Assembly (NCBI GenBank): GCA_009103225.1
Contig: RHPI01003041.1
Location: 329,439-393,438, forward strand
DNA length: 64,000 nt
Direction of reading: 5' to 3'
DNA from: Chlorokybus atmophyticus
Lineage: Eukaryota; Plantae; Mesostigma and Chlorokybus algae
In this document: piece by piece, positions 1-9,863 of the stretch
Numbering within the stretch: the stretch's first letter is position 1
How the letters are laid out: the number at the start of each line of letters is the position of its first letter
Notes under the pieces: model-generated
What the model was told of the DNA's origin: nothing
The model's input: the letters and a program-made list of their open reading frames with translations, nothing else
The model's database searches: none
Position numbers and translations under genes: made by a program

Positions 1-2
1 GC

Positions 3-338
3 GCAACTGGGATGTTCCGTGGGCGGCCTTGGTTCTTTACACGTTAGTTGGAAGGTGATGGAGACGGTGTGAACGTGACGTAGTGGGCTCGGGCACTCCT
101 TTTTTTGTGCGTGGTGGTGTGGGGTGGTAGCGGCGAGCGCATGTGGAAGAAGGTCGTGTTTGTTCGCTGGTACACAAAGCTGGATGTGAGAAGCAACACA
201 AAGTGCATCGCTCTAGAATGGGAAAAGCGTCGAGGGGGTCCACATCTCGATGTCGGGACTCTGGAGCAAGTAAAAGACATTGTCCAACCGCTCTTCATAT
301 TGGACAACACCGTGTACAAGACGGCAAGTATTGGGTGA
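3..338 (+). pseudogene. C-terminal (BAH-like) module of a Plavaka/CMC-type DNA transposase, degenerate; the rest lies left of the window
   Basis: Frame 3 reads ATGMFRGRPWFFTR*LEGDGDGVNVT*WARALLFLCVVVW...KKVVFVRWYTKLDVRSNTKCIALEWEKRRGGPHLDVGTLEQVKDIVQPLF. The pattern F.G.PW...WAR.LL.F...(A/V)FVRWY...C..L.W...V..L..I...V.P.F matches my recollection of Plavaka-like transposase C-termini. Two in-frame TAG stops. Confidence 0.5.
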
Positions 339-564
339 ACACTCACTGCACTGCCATGTGACACATGTACTTGTCTCACTACTCTGAGTTTGGAGTATAT
401 TAGTCAGTTAGGCATTGCTAATCGTATGCTAAGACTTTTGCATGTGGACGTGTACAATACCGGGCAGCTGTCACTGCACAACTGTCACCACAATCAAATG
501 TTGAATGCAACATTCAACATTCAGTCAGCTATGCGGCATTGAGCCTTTATATAGTGCACCACAC

Positions 565-1314
565 TCAAGCCTCATAGTTCCATGACACAAGAGGGTAGTC
601 ACAACGCATATCCATTGTTTCAAACATGAGACGCCCTATGCACTCCACCATTGCGGGAGGAACTGCATTTGCTATGGTAATGGCTGAGGTCATCCATGGC
701 ACTCCAAGAGCTGTTTACCATGCAGCAATGCCGCCCCTGGTGCTTTGAAGGCCAGACTGAATACATTTGCTGTGGCGCGTTTGATGTCACAATTGTCTCC
801 CTCACGCTAGCGGACAGGTGCGGTTATAGCAGTCCAACCGCCTTGCCCGCGTGCAAGCAGCGTGCTGGTGGGGTAGCTACCACTTATTGTGTATCAAACA
901 GACGGTGTCAGAAGGTTGATAGGCCAAACATTGTGCCACAAAGGGACAGGTTGGGTCTGAACGAGGAAGCTGCTCCTGGCACATTCTCAATTACAAACTT
1001 GACCTGGCTTGCAAGCAGCAGACATCGGAGAAGCGGTATCATATCCCGGTGTCTCCAGATTTGCCATGTGCCGCCCGTTGAGGTGCCGGTATAGTACCTA
1101 AATAGGCCTGACATGGTAGACTGGCTCATATGAGCTCGTACTCGCTCAGTTCACTTGCACTCATAGTGCATACATCGCGGTGTATGAAAGGCAGCGGGTA
1201 CTCAGAGGGACTTATGTCCATCCTGGTCACGTCACAGCCTGCGTGGTGTAGACCGACACAAGCACCTGCACCGCCGCAGAATAGATCTGCGTGTGCGTTT
1301 AAGCTTGTTGTCAA
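565..1314 (-). pseudogene. DNA cytosine-5 methyltransferase catalytic domain of the short phage/actinobacterial type, pseudogenised
   Basis: Motifs occur in canonical order on the minus strand. Motif I DLFCGGAG (1276-1287), then G.DV..MDI.P..YP.PFI..D. Motif IV I*ASLPCQAY (1108-1128). Motif VI FVIENVPGA (980-988), then LCGTMFGL. Motif VIII *HRLFD (896-910). Then ALGVPWMT and motif X IANAVPPAMVECIGR (around 655-669). At least 4 in-frame stops and 2 internal frameshifts. Confidence 0.88.
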
Positions 1315-1439
1315 ATGGCGTGTATGTGGTCACGGCTGGTCGTGGTACTGGCCAGGGACTAACAATGATGCCGTCCGGGCATACTTTGCGACTGACATTC
1401 TCCCCTCCGGCGCACAGAACATGACGTGCCTCGTCAATT

Positions 1440-1695
1440 GATGTGTACGCGAATACCTTGTGCCCTTTACAGTTGATGGTTTGTGGATAATCACCGTCAT
1501 CGAATACTATATGGTGCTGCCTTGCAAAGTCATTTTCCGTTTCACCATGCACATATGATGCGTCCTTAATCTCGCACGCCAAGAAGCGATACTGACCTGA
1601 CGCTTGAATAGTTCCACAACGCCCGCATGCCATTCCCCATCCAGCGGCCAATGCACCATGACACTCACACCGATCAGCTGCTCGCATCCCAACTT
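1440..1695 (-). pseudogene. Tudor domain (PDS5/ATX/MSH6-type) split by an 80-nt GT-AG intron, upstream of and apparently fused to the methyltransferase
   Basis: Exon LIGVSVMVHWPLDGEWHAGVVELFKRQ, then donor GTCAGT at 1596, acceptor GCAG at 1517, then exon HHIVFDDGDYPQ, joined in phase 0. The result matches the L.G..V.V.WP.D..W..G.V...H.I.(Y/F)DDGD Tudor consensus. The second exon's frame runs on to ...PFDNKLK, one frameshift away from the DLFC motif. Confidence 0.75.
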
Positions 1696-1899
1696 CACTG
1701 CATTCCGCAGCCGATGCAGTGCGCTGTCCAACGGTCAATAGTTTGCCTACTCTACAGCGGCCAAGGGGTGGAACTGCTCATGCCCACAATGTGGAAGACT
1801 GCTCTGAATGCGACAACAGCTTCAACATGCATTGAATATGCATACACCCCTTATAACATGCAGTGATACGTCGCTGTCCACTCTGCCGAATTACCTCCA

Positions 1900-2235
1900 C
1901 AGCATTCGCCACCTGTCCATTAACCACATGTCCCGGTGTTGTTCATGTGAAGAAGCGCATGGGTTCCTCTCGCCACTCGAAGCATGAGCGCAAGCACGAC
2001 TCGCACACGCATTGCACACAATGGAACAACTCGGGTTCCTTGCACACAACTTTGCCGAGGCGGCAGCTAAACACGTCGACATTGTGTGTGGTGTAATGCT
2101 AGCAAGCAGCTCTAAACCCGTGGCACACTGTCTGCACTCGCTGGCATTCGCTCAAGTGTGCTCGCATTTGCTGCCTACGGCAATTGGCACATACGTACGC
2201 ATTGCATTGTGGGCACACCAAGCATGGTCTCCTAG
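1900..2235 (-). pseudogene. Cys-rich (zinc-finger-like) segment, possibly the N-terminus of the Tudor-methyltransferase gene
   Basis: Reads PCLVCPQCNAYVCANCRRQQMRAHLSEC...*...VVCKEPELFHCVQCVCESCLRSC with in-frame stops. It is on the same strand and directly upstream of the Tudor exon. Family not identified. Confidence 0.3.
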
Positions 2236-2312
2236 GTGAGGGGGATTCAACTGCTAACGCGAGCATCATGCAAAATATGAATCGGCACGGCTGCTCACAA
2301 ATTGAGCAAGAC

Positions 2313-2360
2313 TTTAGGGTATGGGCATCAATTTAGGGTTGCCAGCTTACGAACCCTAAA
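2313..2360. promoter_or_regulatory. Cluster of telo-box-like motifs (TTTAGGGT twice, AACCCTAAA once)
   Basis: tttagggt at 2313-2320, tttagggtt at 2332-2340 and its inverse aaccctaaa at 2352-2360. They lie between the 5' end of the methyltransferase gene and a divergent plus-strand exon. Confidence 0.3.
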
Positions 2361-2540
2361 CGAGTCACACTTAAACTGAAGCACAACCGTACCATGGATG
2401 GTATTATAGTACCACATGCATGGTCACCATGTAGTACAGTACCACATTAACTTGAATGGTACTACATCCATTAATGGTACTACAGTACAAGGATACTCGC
2501 ATACTACCACGATTGTAGAGTAATACTGTGCTGTCATTCC

Positions 2541-2969
2541 ATGGAACCCAGAGCGATGTCCGAGTTTGTTGCTGTTTACCACGCTTTGAACCAGCAAGGT
2601 ATGCAAGCCATGCACTCACTCATGCGCTGGGCAGTTATTGTACACATGTACAGCAAATGCTTCTGACAAAAGCAGATCTCAGTTGCACCATGCACCGTGC
2701 TGCAACTATCCATGTACCTACATGGTTCACAGGTGTTTAACACAAAACTACAATACATGCACAATTGTCATCAAGGCGGGGGCCAAATCACCGCCGACAC
2801 ATTGACGTCTTGCAGTAGGCGTGGCGACCAGAACGGGTGAGGTTGCTTGCACATGGGACACGCTTGTAGCTCCTTTGATTTATTTGCCACGTGTTTCTGC
2901 TGGTATATGATGCAGACATGGCACATCGCTTGCTTGCAACAGGTGTCTCCCCATGCGGAGGGGGGGGGG
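2541..2969 (+). pseudogene. Three short in-frame exons of an unidentified gene (weak EF-hand resemblance) running into an assembly gap
   Basis: Exons 2541-2598, 2776-2836 and 2943 onward, with GT-AG boundaries, splice in frame to MEPRAMSEFVAVYHALNQQGGGQITADTLTSCSRRGDQNGCLPMRR. This loosely parallels calmodulin [32 protein letters not shown]. Confidence 0.25.
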
Positions 2970-3196
2970 NNNNNNNNNNNNNNNNNNNNNNNNNNNNNNN
3001 NNNNNNNNNNNNNNNNNNNNNNNNNNNNNNNNNNNNNNNNNNNNNNNNNNNNNNNNNNNNNNNNNNNNNNNNNNNNNNNNNNNNNNNNNNNNNNNNNNNN
3101 NNNNNNNNNNNNNNNNNNNNNNNNNNNNNNNNNNNNNNNNNNNNNNNNNNNNNNNNNNNNNNNNNNNNNNNNNNNNNNNNNNNNNNNNNNNNNNNN
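2970..3196. other. Assembly gap
   Basis: Run of N flanked by G-runs on both sides. Confidence 1.
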
Positions 3197-3249
3197 GGGG
3201 GGGGCTCTTCAATGCGACAATTTAGCTTGCATGGTGCACGCGGGTGTGC

Positions 3250-3810
3250 AAGTTGCCTCTGCCATTAGACACTGTTATCGCGTTGCAGGCGCAGCAACTC
3301 CCATTTAAGTTGCGCAGCATAACACTACACTGCCTGCTTGATCACCTAACGCCCATCTGCCGCCATATACCACCTGCTGGTCTTGGTGGTCTCGTCCAGC
3401 ATGCGTTCATCCAGGCCCACGTCATGGCTGTTGTCACTCGTGTAATCGCCCGCATCGCCATCTTCGTCGAGCTTCCACAGAATCAGCTCAAAGTGCCGTA
3501 TAACATACAGCCACTGCCAGCCAAAGCATGCCAAGTATAGGTCGAATGGTTTCACTTGCCACCCAGTATGTTTGCCCAGGTAGTGGCACACATCTCGACC
3601 CGCATCAATCGACATCAACAGGTACAGTTGTTGCAGCAAGTCAAAGTTCTGCTCCGCGGATAGCTCTTGCACATTGCCAGATTGCTGCAGCAGCAACAAC
3701 ACCATCATATCGAGGACGGCGAGGGGCAACAACTGTAACGGAGTGCTACCGCTATGCGGTTCCCCGCCCTTATTTGATGAGAAATAAGAGTCCCAACGGA
3801 ATAAACACAT
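3250..3810 (-). pseudogene. Degenerate transposon-type ORF with a possible Myb/SANT-like (trihelix) domain
   Basis: The ORF reads ...WLYVIRHFELILWKLDED...KTSRWYMAADG and, after a frameshift, SSRQCSVMLRNL. This resembles W...ET..LI..K.E.D...W..IA..M...G..RS..QC..K..NL. Confidence 0.3.
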
Positions 3811-3822
3811 CCATTAAAGTCG

Positions 3823-3908
3823 TATTAGGGCCTTTATAAGCCCTAATAAGGTGTTATGTTATTTAACACCGATATCGACTTGAGACATGAGTCTCAAGTC
3901 GATATCGG
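3823..3908. repeat. Three consecutive inverted repeats (9-bp, 7-bp and perfect 18-bp stems)
   Basis: tattagggc/gccctaata (3823-3848); ggtgtta/taacacc (3850-3870); ccgatatcgacttgagac-atga-gtctcaagtcgatatcgg (3869-3908). Confidence 0.95.
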
Positions 3909-4065
3909 CCGCATGACGGTGCTGTTAACGCAGCGACCGCCATAGCCAAGGGATCTTTCGATCCCCTGGCTGCCAGCGGCGGCGGCGGCGACGTGGCTGT
4001 GGTGGTGTTGGGGTACGGGATTAAAAGGGGCGGTTATTGCTACGGTAGCACCCCCCTTCTTACAA

Positions 4066-6400
4066 TTAAGTACTACGGATGGCCATGTCATGTTCGGGTT
4101 TCAACCACGGCCAATCCCCAGAGGTCTGTTTGGACCGCACTCTCCGCATTTGCTCCAACTTCTTGCATACTTTAACCCACCTCGAGGCATGCCGCATGCG
4201 ATGATGCAGCACATCTTGGGCGTATTGCAGGGTGATTAACTCGTTTGCACTACGAGTCAGCCCCTCAAAGTGTCTGCGCGTCGGTGCTTTGAGCTTAGGC
4301 AGCTCGTGCCGCACCGGCTGTCTCTCTGAGCGATGCTGAGCAGCCACATGACGCTGTAAATCCGCCTGTGCCTACTCACGACACAAAGTCAGCCCCAGCT
4401 TGGCTTCAAGGCGCTATACTTCTTCTAACTACATTGTGACGCTGCCTCACCTTTGCTTTTTTGGCTTCAAGGGCGCCTGTCAGCGTCCCTTGTTCCAACA
4501 ACCTTCATCTTTTTTTTGGTCAACCTGCACATCCTGGCAGGCGCTCTCCGTGGCACTGTCACTTAGAGGAGGTAAGGCGCTATCTTCTTGCTCCATATCC
4601 TTGCGCTTGTTGGTTGCCTCCCGTTCCTCCACGACCTCATGGTGCTTCATAAGGTCGATGCAGCTTTTACCTTTGAGCGCAGCTTTCAAAACACCTCCAT
4701 CAAACTCTTTACCAACAAGACAGGCTGGGATCAATATGGCAAGCTTAGAGGGAGAGGGCAAGCAATTGCTGCTGCTTGATGGAGATCATCTCTCATGATG
4801 CCTTCGGATGGTTAGAGTGCGGTGGCAAGTGAGTCTCTGCGGCAGGAAGGGAGGGTGCTGAATTGTTATTGCGAGCATATGGCTGTGGCGAGGGGAGGCA
4901 GGATGTGCAAAAAAGTCGGCGACTTCTTGCCTAGCACGCGAAAGCGAGGTCTGAGGCGTTGTCGCAGCACCCTTTGTCGCAGCCAATGGTAGCGGGGGAT
5001 TGGCAACGCCATTCCGCCACTCTTCGATCAGGTCTGTTACCTCCGGTGGTACTTCATGCATAGGCCACGATCATTGTTCGGTGCTTGCAAGCTGAAAGAG
5101 CCAACAGTGTGCTTCTAGCTCATTCAGAGCAGTGTTGCCCACCACTAGGACTGAGTTGGGGCTTCTTTATGTCCAATCCAATGTGCACTGCCGGGCCGTG
5201 GCACCCACTCCCCATGCTCGCATTGAACGGTCACGTAGCCAATCAACAAGCGCAGCTTGTTGACAAACATGATCATCTGCAGGTGCTCCACGTACACACC
5301 TTTTCTCCGCACGATATATCACACCTTAGCCATGGCTATGTCAATGTTGCGATTGACATTAGCCAATATGGTCGCAGGCAGTTTGTCGTAATATTGCGCC
5401 ATCTCTCCCGCGGCACGAGTGGCTCCGCAGAATTCCGAACTTTTACTCGCTACACCTGCATCGACAGCGTGGGCGGTGATTTTGCGGAGAGTGTCCCCCC
5501 TGCCGTCGTCGTCCATGGTGTCCAGCATGGCCCTCAATCTGCTCGAGCTGGGGCGCTTGTCATTATTTAGGACATTTTGCGCTATGGATGGCCTGGCGCA
5601 AAACACACAATGGTAGAAGCAATTACCATCCGTTAGCAGTGAAGTGGTCCCATGAGGCGAGCTGGCTACCTAGCATGACTAATGGCCGTACGCGGGTTGC
5701 GGCCAGCTTTTCTAGTGACTCGCTGGCAGATGGTGACCCCTGCTGCATGCGCATACAGTACTCAAATAGTGTGTCCAACCGTCGACGGCAAGAGTAACAG
5801 TGACTGACAAAGTACCTGAGCTTGGGGCAGACTGCCGGCTTCACCTTGCAGCGGGTGGGGTAAGGTAGGTGCAGAAGCCACATCCGTTGTTGCATTGTGC
5901 TGTGGTCTAGCCGGTTGCAGCAAGAAGGATTGTTGCCCCGTCAATCACCGGTGCTTCTCGTGGAGGAGACGGCAGTGCATGAAAGACTGGTGCCGCGGAA
6001 GGTGGATGCGCTCTGGCTGCGAGGGGAGCACGTGCGGCAGGTGAGACCACTTGTGCATGCAGCAAGGGGGCTTGTATACAGAACCCAAGATAAGACGGCT
6101 CACAATGTTAGAAAGGACGAATATAAGCTTGCGCATATACCTGACGCATTGTTACCAGACACAATCATTAAAGTCAACGACTTACCTCAATGGCCTGTCG
6201 GCTGCATGGAGCAGGGGAAGCCCTGGGCTGACAAGGTGGTATTGGGTGCACTCTCCCCGCCACCCCCAATCGCAGAATCGTCACGGAGCTTGTAAGCCAG
6301 GGGCACAGGATGCGCCACTGCCCCAATGGACATGTCAGGATTGAACAAGCCTATATGCATGTTAAACTGATGCCGCATTGCCGCCGCGCTCAGCAAGTGG
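4066..6400 (-). pseudogene. Degenerate gene containing an OTU-family cysteine protease (deubiquitinase-like) domain
   Basis: Catalytic-Cys motif TDGNCFYHCV (DGNC at 5619-5630), then LRKITAHAV, EHLQMIMFVNKLRLLIGYVTV, and the His-strand SVLVVGNTALNELEAHCWLF (~5101-5140). Stops and frameshifts are present. Further coding-like fragments lie downstream (4480-4761, 4066-4347) and an intron-like GTAAG...CAG lies near 6140-6185. Confidence 0.55.
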
Positions 6401-7542
6401 GATCAAAGGACCGGTTGATGGGATTGAATCCAGGCTTGCATAGGAGCTCCAACAGGACCTAGTGCACTGTGGTGCTGTCAACCAATCACATGTGGGTAAG
6501 CTGCATGCTTGCGACACTGCAATAGTCAACTGCGTCACACTGGCATTAGTTGGTTGCTTCGAACAGTCACTTGCGTCATTGCTAACTGATGCACTACTGG
6601 TTGAATCCCGGACGAATGGCCACGCGCTTCTGTGCTCAAACCCAGCCTACTTTGGCACGCGCGCGCGACTTCACACGCTCACGCACATACTAGCATGCAA
6701 AGGTAGGCATGCATTGGAGGTGCGTGCAATCAACATGCACAGCGAGATTGGCAACAACATACCGCCGACCAGCTCTTGCTATCTGCTCTGGCTTCCGCAA
6801 TATCGGCTTGACTGTGGGGTGGGTTTATGTGAATAGTGGAAGCCTGCAGCCACGCTACATGTAGCACATGAATTGCGTTATAGAAAAATTTGCACTTGCA
6901 ATTTAATGCATGTGACTGTTAAGCGTACCTCTGCATTCCTTTGTGCTTGTTCCCACAGTTGCAATTGGTCCCGCATGGTTTTAATTAGGGGCTCCAAGGA
7001 CCGCAGCTCCTGATCCACTCCTTGTTGTATAAAGCGAGCCACAAAACAGCTCTCTGTGTGAAGATGGTCCTTGATGAGGCTTGCCTGCTGGTTTGTTCAA
7101 TGTTGGTGATGCATATTGGACAGCCCCAGTGCTGACACCATGATCCATAACGTGTCGCCCGTTTGCAGCTGGCTTCACTGCTTGAACTCTTATGACCACA
7201 ACTTCTCGCAAGATGTGCCACGCTGCCGCCGCCGCCTACTCTTGGTCGAACCCAGGTCCACTATGCCTGACATTCGACCCGTTATCGACCTGATGCCCCT
7301 GCGTGCCATCATCCGGCCATTAATCAAGCTGTTTGGGTGAGTGCGCGCTAACTCCCATTACGAGACGAGAGATGCATCTGTTGTACCATAAATGTTACGC
7401 TCAAGCTATTGTTACCCTTGGTTGTACAAAGCATGGATGGTACAAATGCATAAGTCGTACCATCAACCATAGGAGAGAACGACGCACTACAAGTGCGACT
7501 TTGATGCGGGACATTAGACGTTCAAAATCGCCTCATTTTCGT

Positions 7543-7550
7543 TTTCGCGC
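7543..7550 (+). promoter_or_regulatory. E2F-like site TTTCGCGC
   Basis: Exact match to the TTTSSCGS consensus, ~100 bp upstream of the ATG at 7647. Confidence 0.25.
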
Positions 7551-7646
7551 CTCGTACATTTGGGCGGGGCAACTAGTGGCGGCAGCGTTGGATGCGGCAG
7601 CGCCACCATCAGCTAAGCAGGTGGCACCCGACTATCAGTTAGAGAG

Positions 7647-8306
7647 ATGCCTCGTGGTCCATCTGTAGGTGCACCTCGTCGTGGAGGTCGGCGCCCCAAG
7701 TCCACATTGCCCCCAGTGTTCAACCAGGCAACCATCGCCAACCAGCAGCAGCCACTCTTGGCCAACCAATCGCAGCAAAACCCCGCGCTAACGCCCAGCC
7801 CATCATAACAACTCCAACTGACACCGCAATCGCAAGGGCAAGCTAGAATGCATGCGTTCTTGATGCACTGTGCACGTTGTTCGTCTTGCTCAACTGTGAG
7901 GGTTGCATCTTTCATGGCTGGCAGCATGACTCGCGTGGTTGTGCTTGCAGAGGGTCGACTTGAACCCCCGACCCAAATGCATTTGGCTGTGACATAGCAA
8001 CCTCGGCCGTCAGCAACCCTTCCCCAAGCACGTGGAAGATTGGCAACGAGGTAAGCACTGTGTGACATTGTGACACTGTGTGTAACGGATTGTTCTTCTA
8101 TTAACAGCATTTGCCAAATGCCGTCGTGGAACTCATAAACGGCCACTTGGGACAGAGCCATGTTTATTCCAAGGAGGACACTATTCGCAACGTCATGTGT
8201 CAGGTGTGAATGGTGTGAATGCTTCATGACCTTATTGCACCGTGACACTGACCAACCTGCCCGTGACAGGTAGTGGGCTTCAACTATGACGACGAGGCCG
8301 ATGCGG

Positions 8307-8346
<40 letters not shown>

Positions 8347-9501
8347 TATATATGTATGAGGTGTACTGGACGCCCAAGGTGTGCCCCTTCCACTGGAGTG
8401 TCGCCTTGAAGAAAGCTACCCAGGTCCGGTCTGAGAACATCACCAAGATCAAGCATGTCCTTGAGAAGGAGTACAAGTGGACACTGTTTAACAGCAACAA
8501 GCGTAAGTGAGTTGGGTCCCTCACCACCATGTCTGCTATGCAACACTGCCGTCTTACTCAGCCTCCATACACACGTACGCATCTCGCCTACTGTAACCAA
8601 TTCAATCAAACACATTGATGCCCCAATGGACCCCGAGACCTAAAAAGCCTAAAAAGCCTATAAAGCCCGGATGCGCAACGCGCTCCAAAGTAAGTCACTT
8701 GCACTATTTTAGCCTAGTGCAGCCTAAACTTGAACTATCTGTATCGTGATTAATGCCTTGTTGGTATAACTCTCACAGACAAGTCATGGCAAAAATTTGA
8801 GGTGACCGACGATGCAGACCCGGAGCGGAGGAGATACATCGATGAATTGGGCGATTTTATAATCTGGCAAATGATCGTGCAATGCTGGTCTTACGTCGTC
8901 TCGACACCTGGTCCGCGGCAGCTGACAGTCAACCACTCGCATACCTTGCTTACGGTGAGCACTTTAAATTAAATCACTAGCAATTCAGCAACGCTGTAGC
9001 CCAAAACTACAGGCTTGCAGACGCGCTGCAGTGAAAAGTGGCTTTTAATGCCATTAAAACATGCATGTAAACTACGCAGGTGGAGCGCATTCAAAAGGGC
9101 CAGGATGGCGACCCTCTCTTAGCTGCTAGCATCGACACACATGAAGAGTACCCTCGCGAAATCAACACCATGATCATAACAATGAAGCGGGAGATGAGGC
9201 AACGGCACGCAGCCCTCCAGCCATTCACCCTTGTGAAACGCCGCATTTTATGTCAAATACCTGAAAGATCCCAATCGGTGCCGGCTGCAAGAGACAGCAG
9301 CTCGTGACCCACTCGCTGAGGCAGAAGCGGCATTTGATTGGCTGGCGCAACCGTTTGAGGAGGAGGAAGAGCAAGATCCGGCGTCTCCTTTACAGACCCC
9401 AGCGCGTGGTGCTTTGTTCCATGATGACGTGCAAGGCGATGATGGAGAGGAGCTGTAGCGCAGTTAGTAGTCCGTATAGCTGGTCGTGTACACAGCTGTA
9501 A
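7647..9501 (+). pseudogene. Multi-exon gene relic of unknown function (probable transposon accessory protein)
   Basis: GT-AG-bounded exons read MPRGPSVGAPRRGGRRPKSTLPP...; TPDPNAFGCDIATSAVSNPSPSTWKIGNE; HLPNAVVELINGHLGQSHVYSKEDTIRNVMCQ; VVGFNYDDEADAA-(TA)n-MYEVYWTPKVCPFHWSVALKKATQVRSENITKIKHVLEKEYKWTLFNSNK; DKSWQKFEVTDDADPERRRYIDELGDFIIWQM; VERIQKGQDG... In-frame stops are present. Confidence 0.5.
8311..8352. repeat. (TA)n microsatellite inside a coding-like exon
   Basis: A TATATA run from 8311, with one TT interruption near 8343, sits between codons ...DAA and MYEVYW. Confidence 0.95.
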
Positions 9502-9863
9502 GGCTCTTGTGACTTAGTGTTGTGCATTTTAAACCAGCTCAGTTAATCGTCATTGTGCTCATGCATGTAAAAACTTGCATCCCTATGATACACAACAGAA
9601 TTTATAGGCATTCAAGTCACAGTCACAATCAAACTACAAGCCTTGGCAAGTTACCGAGAGACACTGTACACATTTTAGGTACTTGTACACAGCACAAAAT
9701 GATGCTGGCATTCAGGGACAGTCGTGTGTAATCGTGCTATGCAAATACATATAACAATGGTCAGGCATCAGTCATTTTCAGTTGCTTGAAAAATGCCTTA
9801 TCTTGTCGACAGTTACCTAGTTGGTGCTTGTGAATTATGCTCAATCGCCTGCGCTGGACTGGT

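Noticed and set aside
565-1314. Bacterial contamination as the source of the methyltransferase
   Set aside because: It is contiguous with an intron-split Tudor domain and is decayed like the neighbouring spliced relics. Long-read confirmation is still desirable.
2313-2360. Telomere or chromosome end
   Set aside because: Only three isolated heptamers in mixed orientation.
3346-3810. piggyBac transposase fragment (LLMSI...HY...FELIL...LDE.M)
   Set aside because: Spacing to the first catalytic Asp is too short and no downstream piggyBac motifs were found. A Myb-like reading fits about as well, so the region was left at low confidence.
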